Shown piece after piece: positions 45,140 through 55,966 of a DNA stretch of 64,000 nucleotides. The stretch's first letter is position 1, and every line of letters begins with the position of its first letter. The position numbers and the translations under genes were made by a program. Source of the DNA: Picochlorum sp. SENEW3 (lineage: Eukaryota); the NCBI GenBank assembly GCA_034226945.1, contig CP120457.1:682001-746000 (forward strand), in the 5' to 3' direction. The notes under the pieces are model-generated. The model saw nothing but the letters and a program-made list of their open reading frames with translations, did not search any database and was not told the DNA's origin.

Positions 45140-48046
45140 CTAGCTCTGCGGCTGTTGCTCGAAAATATTTGTTTGCAACGTGCTTCTTCCTCCTCGAGAG
45201 GAGTCGCCTTGCCTTTGTTGGTTCCATCCATCAAAATTCAGGTCTGTGCTTCGCTTGGTTTCTGGCCATGTGAATTGGATATTGTTTTCGGTCAATACCC
45301 TGCAAAAAGCCTCATACATCCAAGATCTAGCACATGCTGTTCGGTGGAAATTTATTCCCTGGTGTGAGTATTCATAAACCATTTCTATGCCAACCTTGTA
45401 TGGCATTGCAGCAGCAGCAAACTTGACACGGAACCCAGGTCCATATTCATCTGCCTTCTCTTGCCTGACTCTTGCACACTCACTTTCGATTTTATCCAGA
45501 ATTATCGGATCCGTATCAATATCCACATAGACATAGATAACCTCCCACTTGGTTCCAGAGGTGGTAAGATTCACAAAGAGATTACTCTGCAGCTGCTGAT
45601 TGGGAAACCACACTCTGAGATTGTACCCACTCATGCAGCACGTAAAATTTATTGTGATCTCATCAATGGTGAGATACTGATCGTTTATCAACAAAGTGTC
45701 CCCAATATCATACGGATGGACGCCAAACAAAAAGATGATGTTCTCAAACACATTTGAGACTGTTGTGGCAAAAATGAAGGATAAAGAGACCAAGAGACCA
45801 GTGAACCCGACCCATATCTCAGTAACCTTTGCTCGGAAAACAAGCAGATATAGGAAAAAGAATATTGTGTGAATAACGCCACCTACCAGTTTTTCCAAGA
45901 CCCTCGTGATTGCCTTTGTATCTCTCAGTGTAGATGCCAAGTTGCACCTCTCATGATAAATCTTCTCAACTGCTGATATACAATCCTGCTTTGATATTTT
46001 TCCATCCATATTCGCATCTAACATGGAAAATGCCATGTTCAAATCCTCCTCATTTTTTATGAAGAACGCAATGTCGTCGCGAGTCAAGTAATGTGCATCA
46101 ACATCATGCTTGATGTTCCAGAACAAAAATGTCGCCAACTTCTTCACAGACCTATGGTCTATTGTTGAACTCTCTTTAACTTCATTGAGCTGATCTCTGA
46201 AAGTGACTTTTAGCTGTGTTTTTCGCATGTATTTCTCAAGTCGATTCAAACGCTCGAGCTGCTGCGCTCTCGTCAAAGGATCTGTGCGTTTTCTAGATGA
46301 ATTCCCAGGGTCCTGCTCTTCGTCATCATCTCGAGATTTTTTGCTTCCAAACATCCCAAATGCAGCAGCCATTGGAGACTTTACTTTAGCACTCTTTGCT
46401 TTCGTAACATTTCCGGGAGACACGCTAACAGGCTCATTACTATCTGAAGGAACATCTTCCTTGTCAATCTGAATCTTCACCTGGGGAAGTGATAGCTCAT
46501 CTAAAGTCTCCAGCTGTGCAGATTCGTCAATATTACCAAGGCTGGTGGGTAGTACACTCGTACTCTTTGCCCTCTGCCCATAATCCATCTTGCCATGATG
46601 CATCCCTGTGGTATCAGATGTGGTGCCAGCCCTCATTGTATCCAGTTCATGCTTCTTCTTCCTGAAATTCATGATACTGCCCAATCCTTTTTCAACTACC
46701 AGGTTCTCTTCCGATTTGGGCCGTGGTCCCATCAAGTCAGACAAAAGTTTTTCTTGCTTCAATGCAACTTCCATTTTTGACTTTTGGTTCGATCCAGTGA
46801 ATGTCACAGACATCATCTTTGCAATCAATCTCTTCAACAGATTTGCCAGCAAAAACAAAGTGATGCATCCCATAACCTTCAATATATAATCATAAATTGT
46901 ATTCACTGCACTACTCTGATCCTCAGTGTCAATGAGCATCATGCACGCCCATAGAACCAAAACGAGAATAGAACATAGCAGCCACTTCACCTGTTTCCTG
47001 ATTGCATAGGTAAAGTACAGCACATTTGGATACGTTAACAAGAATTTCTCCACAGACCTGATCAATAACCACGTTAAAAAAGTGCCAAATACCCACGTGT
47101 ACGGAAGAAATGCAAAGAAATAGCACAGTCTCCACACTTGAAAGCCTGCATTTGCGCCATTCCCCAGGACCATGTGGGCTGTACCGGCAGCAATCAACAG
47201 TAGCTGGCCAATAGTAATCAGAGTCCACAAATATATCCACTTTTTTTTGTACCATCTAATTTTATTTTGTTTCTTTATTTCTCTGTCTTCTGCCTCATCG
47301 TCCGAGCCCCACAAAAGCTCCTCTTCATCTGGCATCTGCACATACAGTTTAAATTCCATAGAGCCAAAAAGCCAGAGATTGATAGTTTATTTGTCCAATA
47401 TTTCAAAACGTACCGATAACAAATCCGCCGCAACCTCATCATCACTCGAGTCATCCCATTCACTATCCCAAGCATTGTCATGATGATGATGGTGAGTCAT
47501 TGTTGCTTTCCGAGCACTCGGTCGCAACAACCTCGTGTTCTCTTTATTCTGGCTTGCTCCCAAAAAGTCAAACATTTTGGTCGTAAAATCCACAGGTTCC
47601 TTTTCTTCATTCAAGCTATCCTCCTGCTTTTTCTTCGGAGATGCCAAATCCCCCGCCATTGGTGCATGACTGGCCCCTGTGCTCTCAAGAGTGGGTTTTG
47701 GTTTCCTATTCCTCAACCACGACGAATCGGTCCGAGCCTCCCCCATCATATCAGACGAATACGGAGACATTGCATTCAAAGATTCCATACGCTCATCATG
47801 AGATTCAACGCTCTGTGTCCCTGCATTCCGAGCCTGCTCATACTGCAGAAGAGCAGGTTCAGTTGCAACAGGAGCAGACATATGCCTGTCCATTGGCCCA
47901 CCATCATATGAACCATCATCACTCAAATCTTCAATCTCTCGTATCACTTCACCATTGAATCGAACAACAGGCTTTGATCTCTCCGCCCTGGTAGCCTCCT
48001 CAGAGCCTTTACCTGAGTCGCGGGTAGAGTCCCCTGAAACATCCAT
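45140..48046 (-). CDS. MscS-like mechanosensitive channel (MSL) with EF-hand; intron 47336-47413
   Basis: IFLFGVHPYDIGD, WFPN..L, ERCNLASTLRDTK; EF-hand DANMDGKISKQD. Two ORFs join by a phase-0 intron. Confidence 0.92.
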
Positions 48047-48729
48047 GTTCTATCGTTCCGCCAAAACGATAATGTAAAAAGTAAATTTCTGACTAATACA
48101 ATTTCACTGCATCGATGGATGGACTATACCCCCTCACAAAAACACGGTTCAGCCGAAAAAGAAGTGCCTTGAAACACGAATCAAACCACGCCCGTGTCTT
48201 GTCCTCGTCACCACATTACACCGACACATTCATAAAGAAGACCAATTCATTATTAAAAAACGCTGAGAACATGTGGAGGATGGTTGAATTGTAGGAGGGT
48301 CAATCGTTGATCCTGCTGGACCACCACTGCCAATTGGCAGTCTGCCATGTTTCCATCCACCTGTGGCATACTACTATGTAGAGCAGGCTCTCTTGATCAT
48401 TGCAGCATGTAACATCCACCTAGGATTCGTCTATTCGCCATCATTATGAGATATCGGTTGAATCTGTCGAGGCGATATGTGCATGAGAACCATGCAATGG
48501 GTTCTCCTGATGACTCATTGAGATGGTGATGTATCCCCGGTCCAGGGTGGCGTTTCGTTGGACATTCTAGTATGCTCTGCATGGAGATGAACAAAAAACC
48601 TGTAGTATCTGCCGTGGATGTCAACGTCAACAGTAATTTGATTTGGTTTGTCAAGAAACGTGTTGTGGTGTCAAAGTATCCTAAAGATTGACGTGCACGC
48701 CCCTGGAGGATACTAACGCCTGAACAGGT

Positions 48730-49485
48730 ATGGGTCCACGGAAGAGGCCTACTCGCAGTGCTGGTCACAACGGAGACCAACCACGAAGAATTTCTGGTAC
48801 AAATAAGGAGCATAGTTCGATGGAGAAGGTGGCGAAACGTCCAGGAAGGCCACCTGGTTCGGGGAAGAGACGAGGAAGGCCTCGGAGAAGTACCTCGAGT
48901 GTGCGTTCGAAATCGCACGAGTACTACTATTTTGATGCTTCCAATTCGGACCAAATACTATCAGAGGAGCGCGTTGAGACACTTGTGGGCCGAAGAATCG
49001 CGTGTTTTTGGCAAGATGAAGGGCAATTTTATTTTGGGACTGTTTGCTCATTTGATCGGTCAAAGGGCAAGGCGTTTTGTCATTTCGATGATGGAGATGA
49101 GGTTGTACTAGATTTGAAAAAGGAAAGGTGGGTCTTGGTTGATGTTCCTGGGCAGTTGGTGGAGCAAGAGGGTGAGCTGGTGGAGCAGCCTCCTCTGGAG
49201 ACTGAGATAGATCCTGTGATGGAAACGGAAGACTATGTGGTATTTCCGACATCATCTGGAGAATATGGGTTTGAGATATTTATAAACCGTTCACATGGAA
49301 ATTACTATCTCAGCCCGCGTGTTCGTTGCAATACAAGTGGGTATGTCCGAGTGGAGGAGAGGTTGGGTGAGGACAAAGAGCCTCGGGTCACAGAGATTCA
49401 GCTTCCTCAGCAAATACAACCCGAGTCAGCCACGTGCCTTTGCTCAGACTCGAATCAAGTGTATATTCGTGTTTCGGTTCTTTAA
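48730..49485 (+). CDS. Chromatin protein: AT-hooks, Tudor domain, probable alpha-crystallin-like domain; may have an upstream exon (about 48581-48632)
   Basis: RPGRP, RGRPR; LVGRRI..FW.....YFGTV..FD......CHFDDGD....DL..ERW. Branch point TACTAAC at 48711 and acceptor ending at 48727. Confidence 0.75.
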   Translation: MGPRKRPTRSAGHNGDQPRRISGTNKEHSSMEKVAKRPGRPPGSGKRRGRPRRSTSSVRSKSHEYYYFDASNSDQILSEERVETLVGRRIACFWQDEGQFYFGTVCSFDRSKGKAFCHFDDGDEVVLDLKKERWVLVDVPGQLVEQEGELVEQPPLETEIDPVMETEDYVVFPTSSGEYGFEIFINRSHGNYYLSPRVRCNTSGYVRVEERLGEDKEPRVTEIQLPQQIQPESATCLCSDSNQVYIRVSVL

Positions 49486-49508
49486 CATTTGATACAATGT
49501 GATATATG

Positions 49509-51930
49509 TTACTTGTCGCCAGAAAATGTTTGAGACATGGGGAAAGAGGCAGAAGCTGGGGATATTCCCCAAAGTGGAGAGCCATTTCCTGTTGACGGAG
49601 AGCCATGAAGGATTGGAATGTCACCGGTTGGTGAGCCACCGAGCCCTCCGTGGGCGAGCAACGAGGCTTTGAGAGCTCCCGGGAGTTTTCTGCTGAGATA
49701 TCGTCGACCTCCGCTGCTAACAGATGAATCAGGCATGCTGCCGAAGCGAGTTCTCTTCAGATCGTCAGATTCTGAGGACGATGACAACAATGACGAATCA
49801 TCATCACTATGGGACTTACTAACTCCACTTAATACCTCGTCATCGCTACTAGAGCCTCCAAGAACCACCTGCCTGTCTTCATAGTCATCATCAGGGATAA
49901 TGGCAGCAGGGTGGCCTTTCCTCCACCTCACATAGTTTCTTGCCAAATCCAACGGTTCAGCTGATCGCCTCAAGAGATATGGGTCGAAAGGAAAGAATAT
50001 TTCTAATGGCCTTGAATGCTTCTGTGCATCCACTGATTTGACTCTTCTCTCCCAACTGATGCAAATATTTGCTACAGCATAGTAACCTAAAGACTGTACC
50101 TGTCGAGCAAATTCTGTAACCACCGACCTAGCACATGATGATAAAGGATCCAAAGAGTGGTTTAAAATATTTGGTATCACATCATTGAAAAGGCGATGGA
50201 TCGAGCCGACACATTTTTCCCTCAGTGATGTCTCGTCGCCATCCAAGGACATGGCCATTTGGCTGGGGGCTGAATCACGCTGCTCCTCCTCTTGATTCTG
50301 ACGATGACAGAGCGGCTCCATGTGATAACATAGCGCATACATCAAAGCTTGACATGCGGCATAATACGATGAGTGTCTAGTTGCAACATCTTGATTCGGT
50401 CCCAGTGCTCCTGCAGAGGGTATTGGTGGAAGACCTCCTCTCCTATCCTCTTCCCGTGCATACCGCACACACCAATCAGCAAGTTTCTGGAACGTCTCGA
50501 TCACTATAACTTCGGGAATGAAAGCCGCTCTAGCTAGAAAAGATCCTATATACGCCGCACAAGCACTCCTGACAATGAGAGCTTGGTTTTTATCTGCCAG
50601 CTTGTTGAGGAGCACCTGAATGAGACTCCTTGAGCAGTACACAGGAGATGTACTCGCCACATAAAATACTAAGAATTGCGTAAATTTAGACCTATGCGTC
50701 TGTAAAACAATTCCCTCAAAAGCATCCAGCAGTGATCTCCACACCATCTGAATCTCTCCCTTGGAGATTCTACGCTTCAAATGAGATACAACCAATTCCA
50801 TCAGTGAGTCCATCTTGTCTGCCATCTCATCTACCTGAATCGAAACATTGCTCATCGCACTATGTTCCTTTTTGGCAGGAATCGGATTAATAACCTCCGA
50901 TTCACCGCATCCTTCCCACCCTCCTCTCGGCTCATGACTTGCCAGACATGCTTCTCCTTCACTCATCCCCTCTAGATCAAAGATATCTGGTTCATCAAAT
51001 TGGCGAGGAGATTCCCCTTTTACTTCTTCTTTAGCTTCTTCGGTCATCACCTCCACAATATCCTCCCATTTAATATCTACATCTACATCTATTAAATGCG
51101 CCACTACCGCAGATAGGAGCCCGTCGCTAAGGCCAGATCCATGCTGACTCTCAGCAATCAAAAAGCACCCTTGAAGGTAGAGGCAATGTATCTGTCGATC
51201 CCTGACTTTATGCGGTAAATTCGACACCAATATGGGCAATAAACGAGATACCGCCGTGGGAACAAGTTCTAAAACCCTCTTTGCGGCAGACACGACGGCA
51301 TTCTGAACCCCTACTTCTTCCACAGATGGACTCCACGAGTGCCCAGGACACGGATCCGGCACTGGGGCAGATGGAGGAGGAACCAACGAGTACACAAGAA
51401 TGTGTAGCGCTGAATGTACAAATGAACCATTCACGGTAACAGACTGACATATAAAAGCTAATACAGCATTCCTGACCTCCCCAGAAACCTGCCATAGCTT
51501 GATATTCAGGATTTCTGTCACCAAAACCTCATGGTGTTCTTCCTTCACAAGTGCTAAACAACGCGAGACTCCCCGCAGCAACGCGACAAGCTGCTTATCA
51601 CTCGACTGATCGATATTTTGGTCTTCACATACATGCTTCAGCCGAACGAGTTCTTGAACGAGCCTGCAAAGAATTGCAAAAAAAAGTATGAGCAAAACAC
51701 ACAACCTTGCTCTGCTGAATCACATGACAACGTACTGGTCATACAGCTTTGATCCTCCTCCCGAAGACTTCAATATCAAAGAGTCTTGAACATACTGTTT
51801 CAATAGTTCTTCAGATTCCTCTGCGCCTACAAGAACATGCAACTCCATCAGGACATATCCGGTCAAGACCATTTCTGCCCATGGCATGCTCAAAATACCA
51901 TCGAACCATACCTCTCGTATCACCATTCAT
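49509..51930 (-). CDS. RRN3: RNA polymerase I initiation factor RRN3; two 5' introns
   Basis: LIDVDVDI, ADKMDSLM, THRSKFTQFLVFY, AAYIGSFLARA, ACQALMY, FFPFDPYLL. Confidence 0.93.
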
Positions 51931-52296
51931 CCTGAGGAAAATTTATATGACACTTAAGTACAATAATGAATTCAGCCAAGCTAAATCCTTTCTCAGTCGT
52001 TCTTGTGCTATTGATTACGCTGCATGTCGCTCAAAGCGACTCTATACACTCCTGTACACATCCATTCCACGTTTTCTGGGTCAATACTGATCTTAACTTG
52101 TATTAAATAAAATATGACATAGAAATGCGTGCGAGAGTTTGAGCAAAACACAAGACACAACCGAACCTTCCTTGTTTAGAACAAACAAAAACCCATGAAC
52201 CATCCCATTGTTTCCATAGCTTGTGTACGATGACCCAGCGGTAGTCGGCAAAAATCTGTATACTTGTATAGTACAGAATCATATACAGGTGTAGTC

Positions 52297-53415
52297 ATGG
52301 CCACCGAGGCTGGAGATTTCCCTCCTCCATTGGAGAACAGCGGTGTTTTGGTTTCTGAAAGTTCCAAACAACAACAACAAGAGGAGGACAAAGTGCTGGA
52401 ATCTTCAATAAAAAGAAATACCTCTGATACTGACAAAAGGAAGAGGCGGAGAGAGGAATGGGAAAAGTTGAAGGAAGAAACGGAGCGTTTTGAGTCTCAC
52501 AGAGGACTGGGAAACATTCTCAGAAGGGCCGAGGATTTGTTGTCTGAGACGGATGCGTTAGCAAAGCGATTGCATGTACCAATACCTACAGAGGCGGAGG
52601 TTCCACTCGTAGAAAAGATTCAGCTGAAGAAGGCACACGAGAAGAGGCTTACAGACATGCTGAGCACTGTGTGCAAGAAGATTTTGACATTCATCATGTC
52701 CAATAAATGGGCGTTGCCCTTCAATGCGCCTGTCAACACAAATATATACGGTGATTATTTAGAAAAGATTAAAACTCCGATGGATTTTGGTACTATCAAG
52801 AGAAAACTAGATGGTGGTATCTACAAGCATCCAGAGCAATTTGTTGAAGATGTCCGGCTAGTATTTAACAATGCGAGAACGTATAATAAACCTGGGTCGG
52901 ATGTGCATGTTATGGCAAGCACGTTGCAAGAGAAATTCGAAGATAGATATGCAGCAAGCATTGTTCCAAGGCTTGTGGAAGAGGTGAAGAGAACAGATGC
53001 AGATATGATGGAATGCCGCCGGGGTATTGCAGAAAAGGCAGCTCTTGGAGGACGAGAGCGAGCCGATGGTGAATGTGCAGGACTCATTCAAGCTATAGAC
53101 TCGCTTATATCCGATATTGATATGGAAAAGTTGAAGGCAGCTGCTCGCTGTCAGCCAGTAGATAGAGCAAGTAAGGAGAGAATATGTGAGCAGCTCAAAG
53201 AATTACCAGAGGAAGACTTTGGCAAGGTTTTAGGAATTGTGACGCATCATTATCCGGGAGTGAAGACATCAAAGGAAGTGTCCTTTGATGTGGAAACCCT
53301 TGATGCTCTGTGTCTACGACAGATCATGGACTATGTTGAGTTTTTGAAACACAAAGGAACGAACGACACTTGGCCTCCACAGGCATTCACATCTTCTAGA
53401 AAAAAAAAGATTTAA
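52297..53415 (+). CDS. BET/GTE-type bromodomain + NET domain protein
   Basis: WALPFNAPV...DY...IKTPMDFGTIK.KL....Y...DVRLVFNNARTYN; C-terminal K..I...L..LP...V..I......FDVETLD. Confidence 0.92.
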   Translation: MATEAGDFPPPLENSGVLVSESSKQQQQEEDKVLESSIKRNTSDTDKRKRRREEWEKLKEETERFESHRGLGNILRRAEDLLSETDALAKRLHVPIPTEAEVPLVEKIQLKKAHEKRLTDMLSTVCKKILTFIMSNKWALPFNAPVNTNIYGDYLEKIKTPMDFGTIKRKLDGGIYKHPEQFVEDVRLVFNNARTYNKPGSDVHVMASTLQEKFEDRYAASIVPRLVEEVKRTDADMMECRRGIAEKAALGGRERADGECAGLIQAIDSLISDIDMEKLKAAARCQPVDRASKERICEQLKELPEEDFGKVLGIVTHHYPGVKTSKEVSFDVETLDALCLRQIMDYVEFLKHKGTNDTWPPQAFTSSRKKKI

Positions 53416-53450
53416 TTTTGTGATTCATGTAAGCAGAACAGAGTAATGAT

Positions 53451-54068
53451 ATGCTCCTAGTATGGTTTGCAGTGTCAGCAGTTCTGACATACTGCGTCTT
53501 TCTCGCTGCTCTACACCCTGAGGTTGGATTATTAGGGAATACAAACCATTCAATATATTATACAAGAGTGTGTGGATCTCCAGCAATCGATGGCTACGCG
53601 CATGTGAACGAAACCTGTCTGCGTCAGAGTCCAACTGCCACTGGCTATAAGAAAGGCATCGATCCCACAATCACCGCGAGAATCGACCGATTTGCAGACT
53701 ATGATGGGATTGCTGTGAAGTGGGGAATCGATAATAAGGTATCATCGGTGGAAGAGTGTGCGAAACAGTGCATGGCATTCAACAAAAAAATGGTTGAAGC
53801 AGATGGATTGCCATGCACAGCGTTTGTGTACTGCGATGCGCCGGTATGCTTTGAGCCAGACGCCCACCATCATACACAGGGAGATTGTTGGTTGAAGTTT
53901 AGCGAGGCGCCGGCGTCGCCTGAAGTGAATATGAGAGGCAGGCTCCCACCAGACATGAGAGCTAGACACCCAGAAGCACCCCTGGCATGCCCCTGGCATG
54001 CTGGCGTCCTCCTACCGAAGAATATTCCACTTACAAATGGTACATTTTCTCCTAGATCAGAATGGTAA
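53451..54068 (+). CDS. Signal-anchored PAN/apple-domain protein
   Basis: Hydrophobic N-terminus; DYDGIAVKWG.....S..EC...C...CTAFVYC...C...DCWLK...W.AG. Confidence 0.8.
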   Translation: MLLVWFAVSAVLTYCVFLAALHPEVGLLGNTNHSIYYTRVCGSPAIDGYAHVNETCLRQSPTATGYKKGIDPTITARIDRFADYDGIAVKWGIDNKVSSVEECAKQCMAFNKKMVEADGLPCTAFVYCDAPVCFEPDAHHHTQGDCWLKFSEAPASPEVNMRGRLPPDMRARHPEAPLACPWHAGVLLPKNIPLTNGTFSPRSEW

Positions 54069-54086
54069 TATATGAGATGTAACATC

Positions 54087-54557
<471 letters not shown>

Positions 54558-54911
54558 CTATGGAATCCGCTAGAGAGATATTTGTAAAGACCGGTGAGTT
54601 TGTTGATTTTGAAATGACGAGCCCTGTGTCTGTTCACCTCAAACCCCTGTGAGAAGTATTCCACTTCCGTATAGATACTATCAAAGTAAAATAAAGTATT
54701 CCAAATACCAGTACAACGGCGTTTTCTCCCACATGAGGGTTTCCATCGGGAACCGGGTGAAAAAGTGGACAGTCTTCGGTCAAAGAATAATTTCATAGGA
54801 GATCTCCATGTAGCTATATCCTGAACAGCATGGGATCATCTTGCCATCATATTCGGGAGAGATGTCCGTGCCTTGTTGTTTTTATATTACACAGACTGTA
54901 GGTTGAGCACA

Positions 54912-55940
54912 ATGCGGTCAATCCTATGGAGTGGGAGGGGAATACAGGGGAGCATCGGATTGAACAGCAGCGTGGCTCTGTCAGACTTTGGAGGGAGACG
55001 ACGATTGCATAGGCATGCCTCTCATGATGAATATAGGAATGAACAACAACAATATGATACAATGCAGGTGTCACTGCAGCAGCTTGGGTACGATGATGCC
55101 GTTCTGCCTGAGAGGGAGGAAGAGCACACCAACTCCAAGAGGGAGGAGGAGAAGTCTCCTCCTCCTCGTTCTATCAATCACGTGGCATGTCAGTTGAAAT
55201 TTGTAATTCCAAATGCTCTTACTGGGTGTATCATCGGGAAGAATGGGGCGAATTTGGAGCGAATACAGGCAGAGTCTGGGGCATTTATTCAAGCAAATGC
55301 TCCAGGATATGCAGTCATGTCAACTCGAGAGAGGTTCATTATTATAGCTGGGAATAGTATGGAGCAGTGCTTGCGAGGGCTTGAATTAGTATTTGTATCT
55401 ATAGTAGAAGCGAATAAAGAGTCGATCTTACGGAAGTCGATTGATGGGCGGTTGTATCTGCGGCAGGTTATACCTGGGCTGTGTGCTGGAAGTGTGATTG
55501 GGCTGCAGGGGGCAACAGTGGCCAAGATATCCGAGGGAGAAGGCTTGAGTGTTATTGTTGAACCAAAACCTATGAATGCGGCTATTACTCCGTTTAGAAT
55601 AGTGTCCTATGCCGGTGTGTCGGTGCAGGAGTTGCTGCGAGGGGTGAGGGCTGTTGCGCAGCTTATTGAATCAGATGTGTACAACGCAGAGATAAAAGGA
55701 ATCAAGTCTGTCGTTCTGAAATCTGTAGAAATACCTGCTGGTAGAGTTGGGGCGCTGATTGGGCCTAAAGGGGCTCATTTAAAAGCTTTAGAGGATATAC
55801 TGAAATGCAAACTTGTCATTACTCGGTCTGAGACTGATGATGGCAACAAGAAGCATTATCTGACAGTCTGGGGGCAGCCTGAGAGTGTCAAAGCCGCAAT
55901 TGCAGTTGCACAACTACATAGTAGAACGAAAACATCATGA
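54912..55940 (+). CDS. Triple KH-domain RNA-binding protein (Nova/PCBP-like layout)
   Basis: Three GxxG loops: GCIIGKNG, GSVIGLQG, GALIGPKG. The N-terminus resembles an organelle presequence. Confidence 0.88.
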   Translation: MRSILWSGRGIQGSIGLNSSVALSDFGGRRRLHRHASHDEYRNEQQQYDTMQVSLQQLGYDDAVLPEREEEHTNSKREEEKSPPPRSINHVACQLKFVIPNALTGCIIGKNGANLERIQAESGAFIQANAPGYAVMSTRERFIIIAGNSMEQCLRGLELVFVSIVEANKESILRKSIDGRLYLRQVIPGLCAGSVIGLQGATVAKISEGEGLSVIVEPKPMNAAITPFRIVSYAGVSVQELLRGVRAVAQLIESDVYNAEIKGIKSVVLKSVEIPAGRVGALIGPKGAHLKALEDILKCKLVITRSETDDGNKKHYLTVWGQPESVKAAIAVAQLHSRTKTS

Positions 55941-55966
55941 TATGAATAAATACTACGAAGAATGAA

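Noticed and set aside
48326..48341. Perfect 16 bp palindrome ACTGCCAATTGGCAGT
   Set aside because: A single palindrome of this size is not unexpected in 64 kb, and there is no supporting context.
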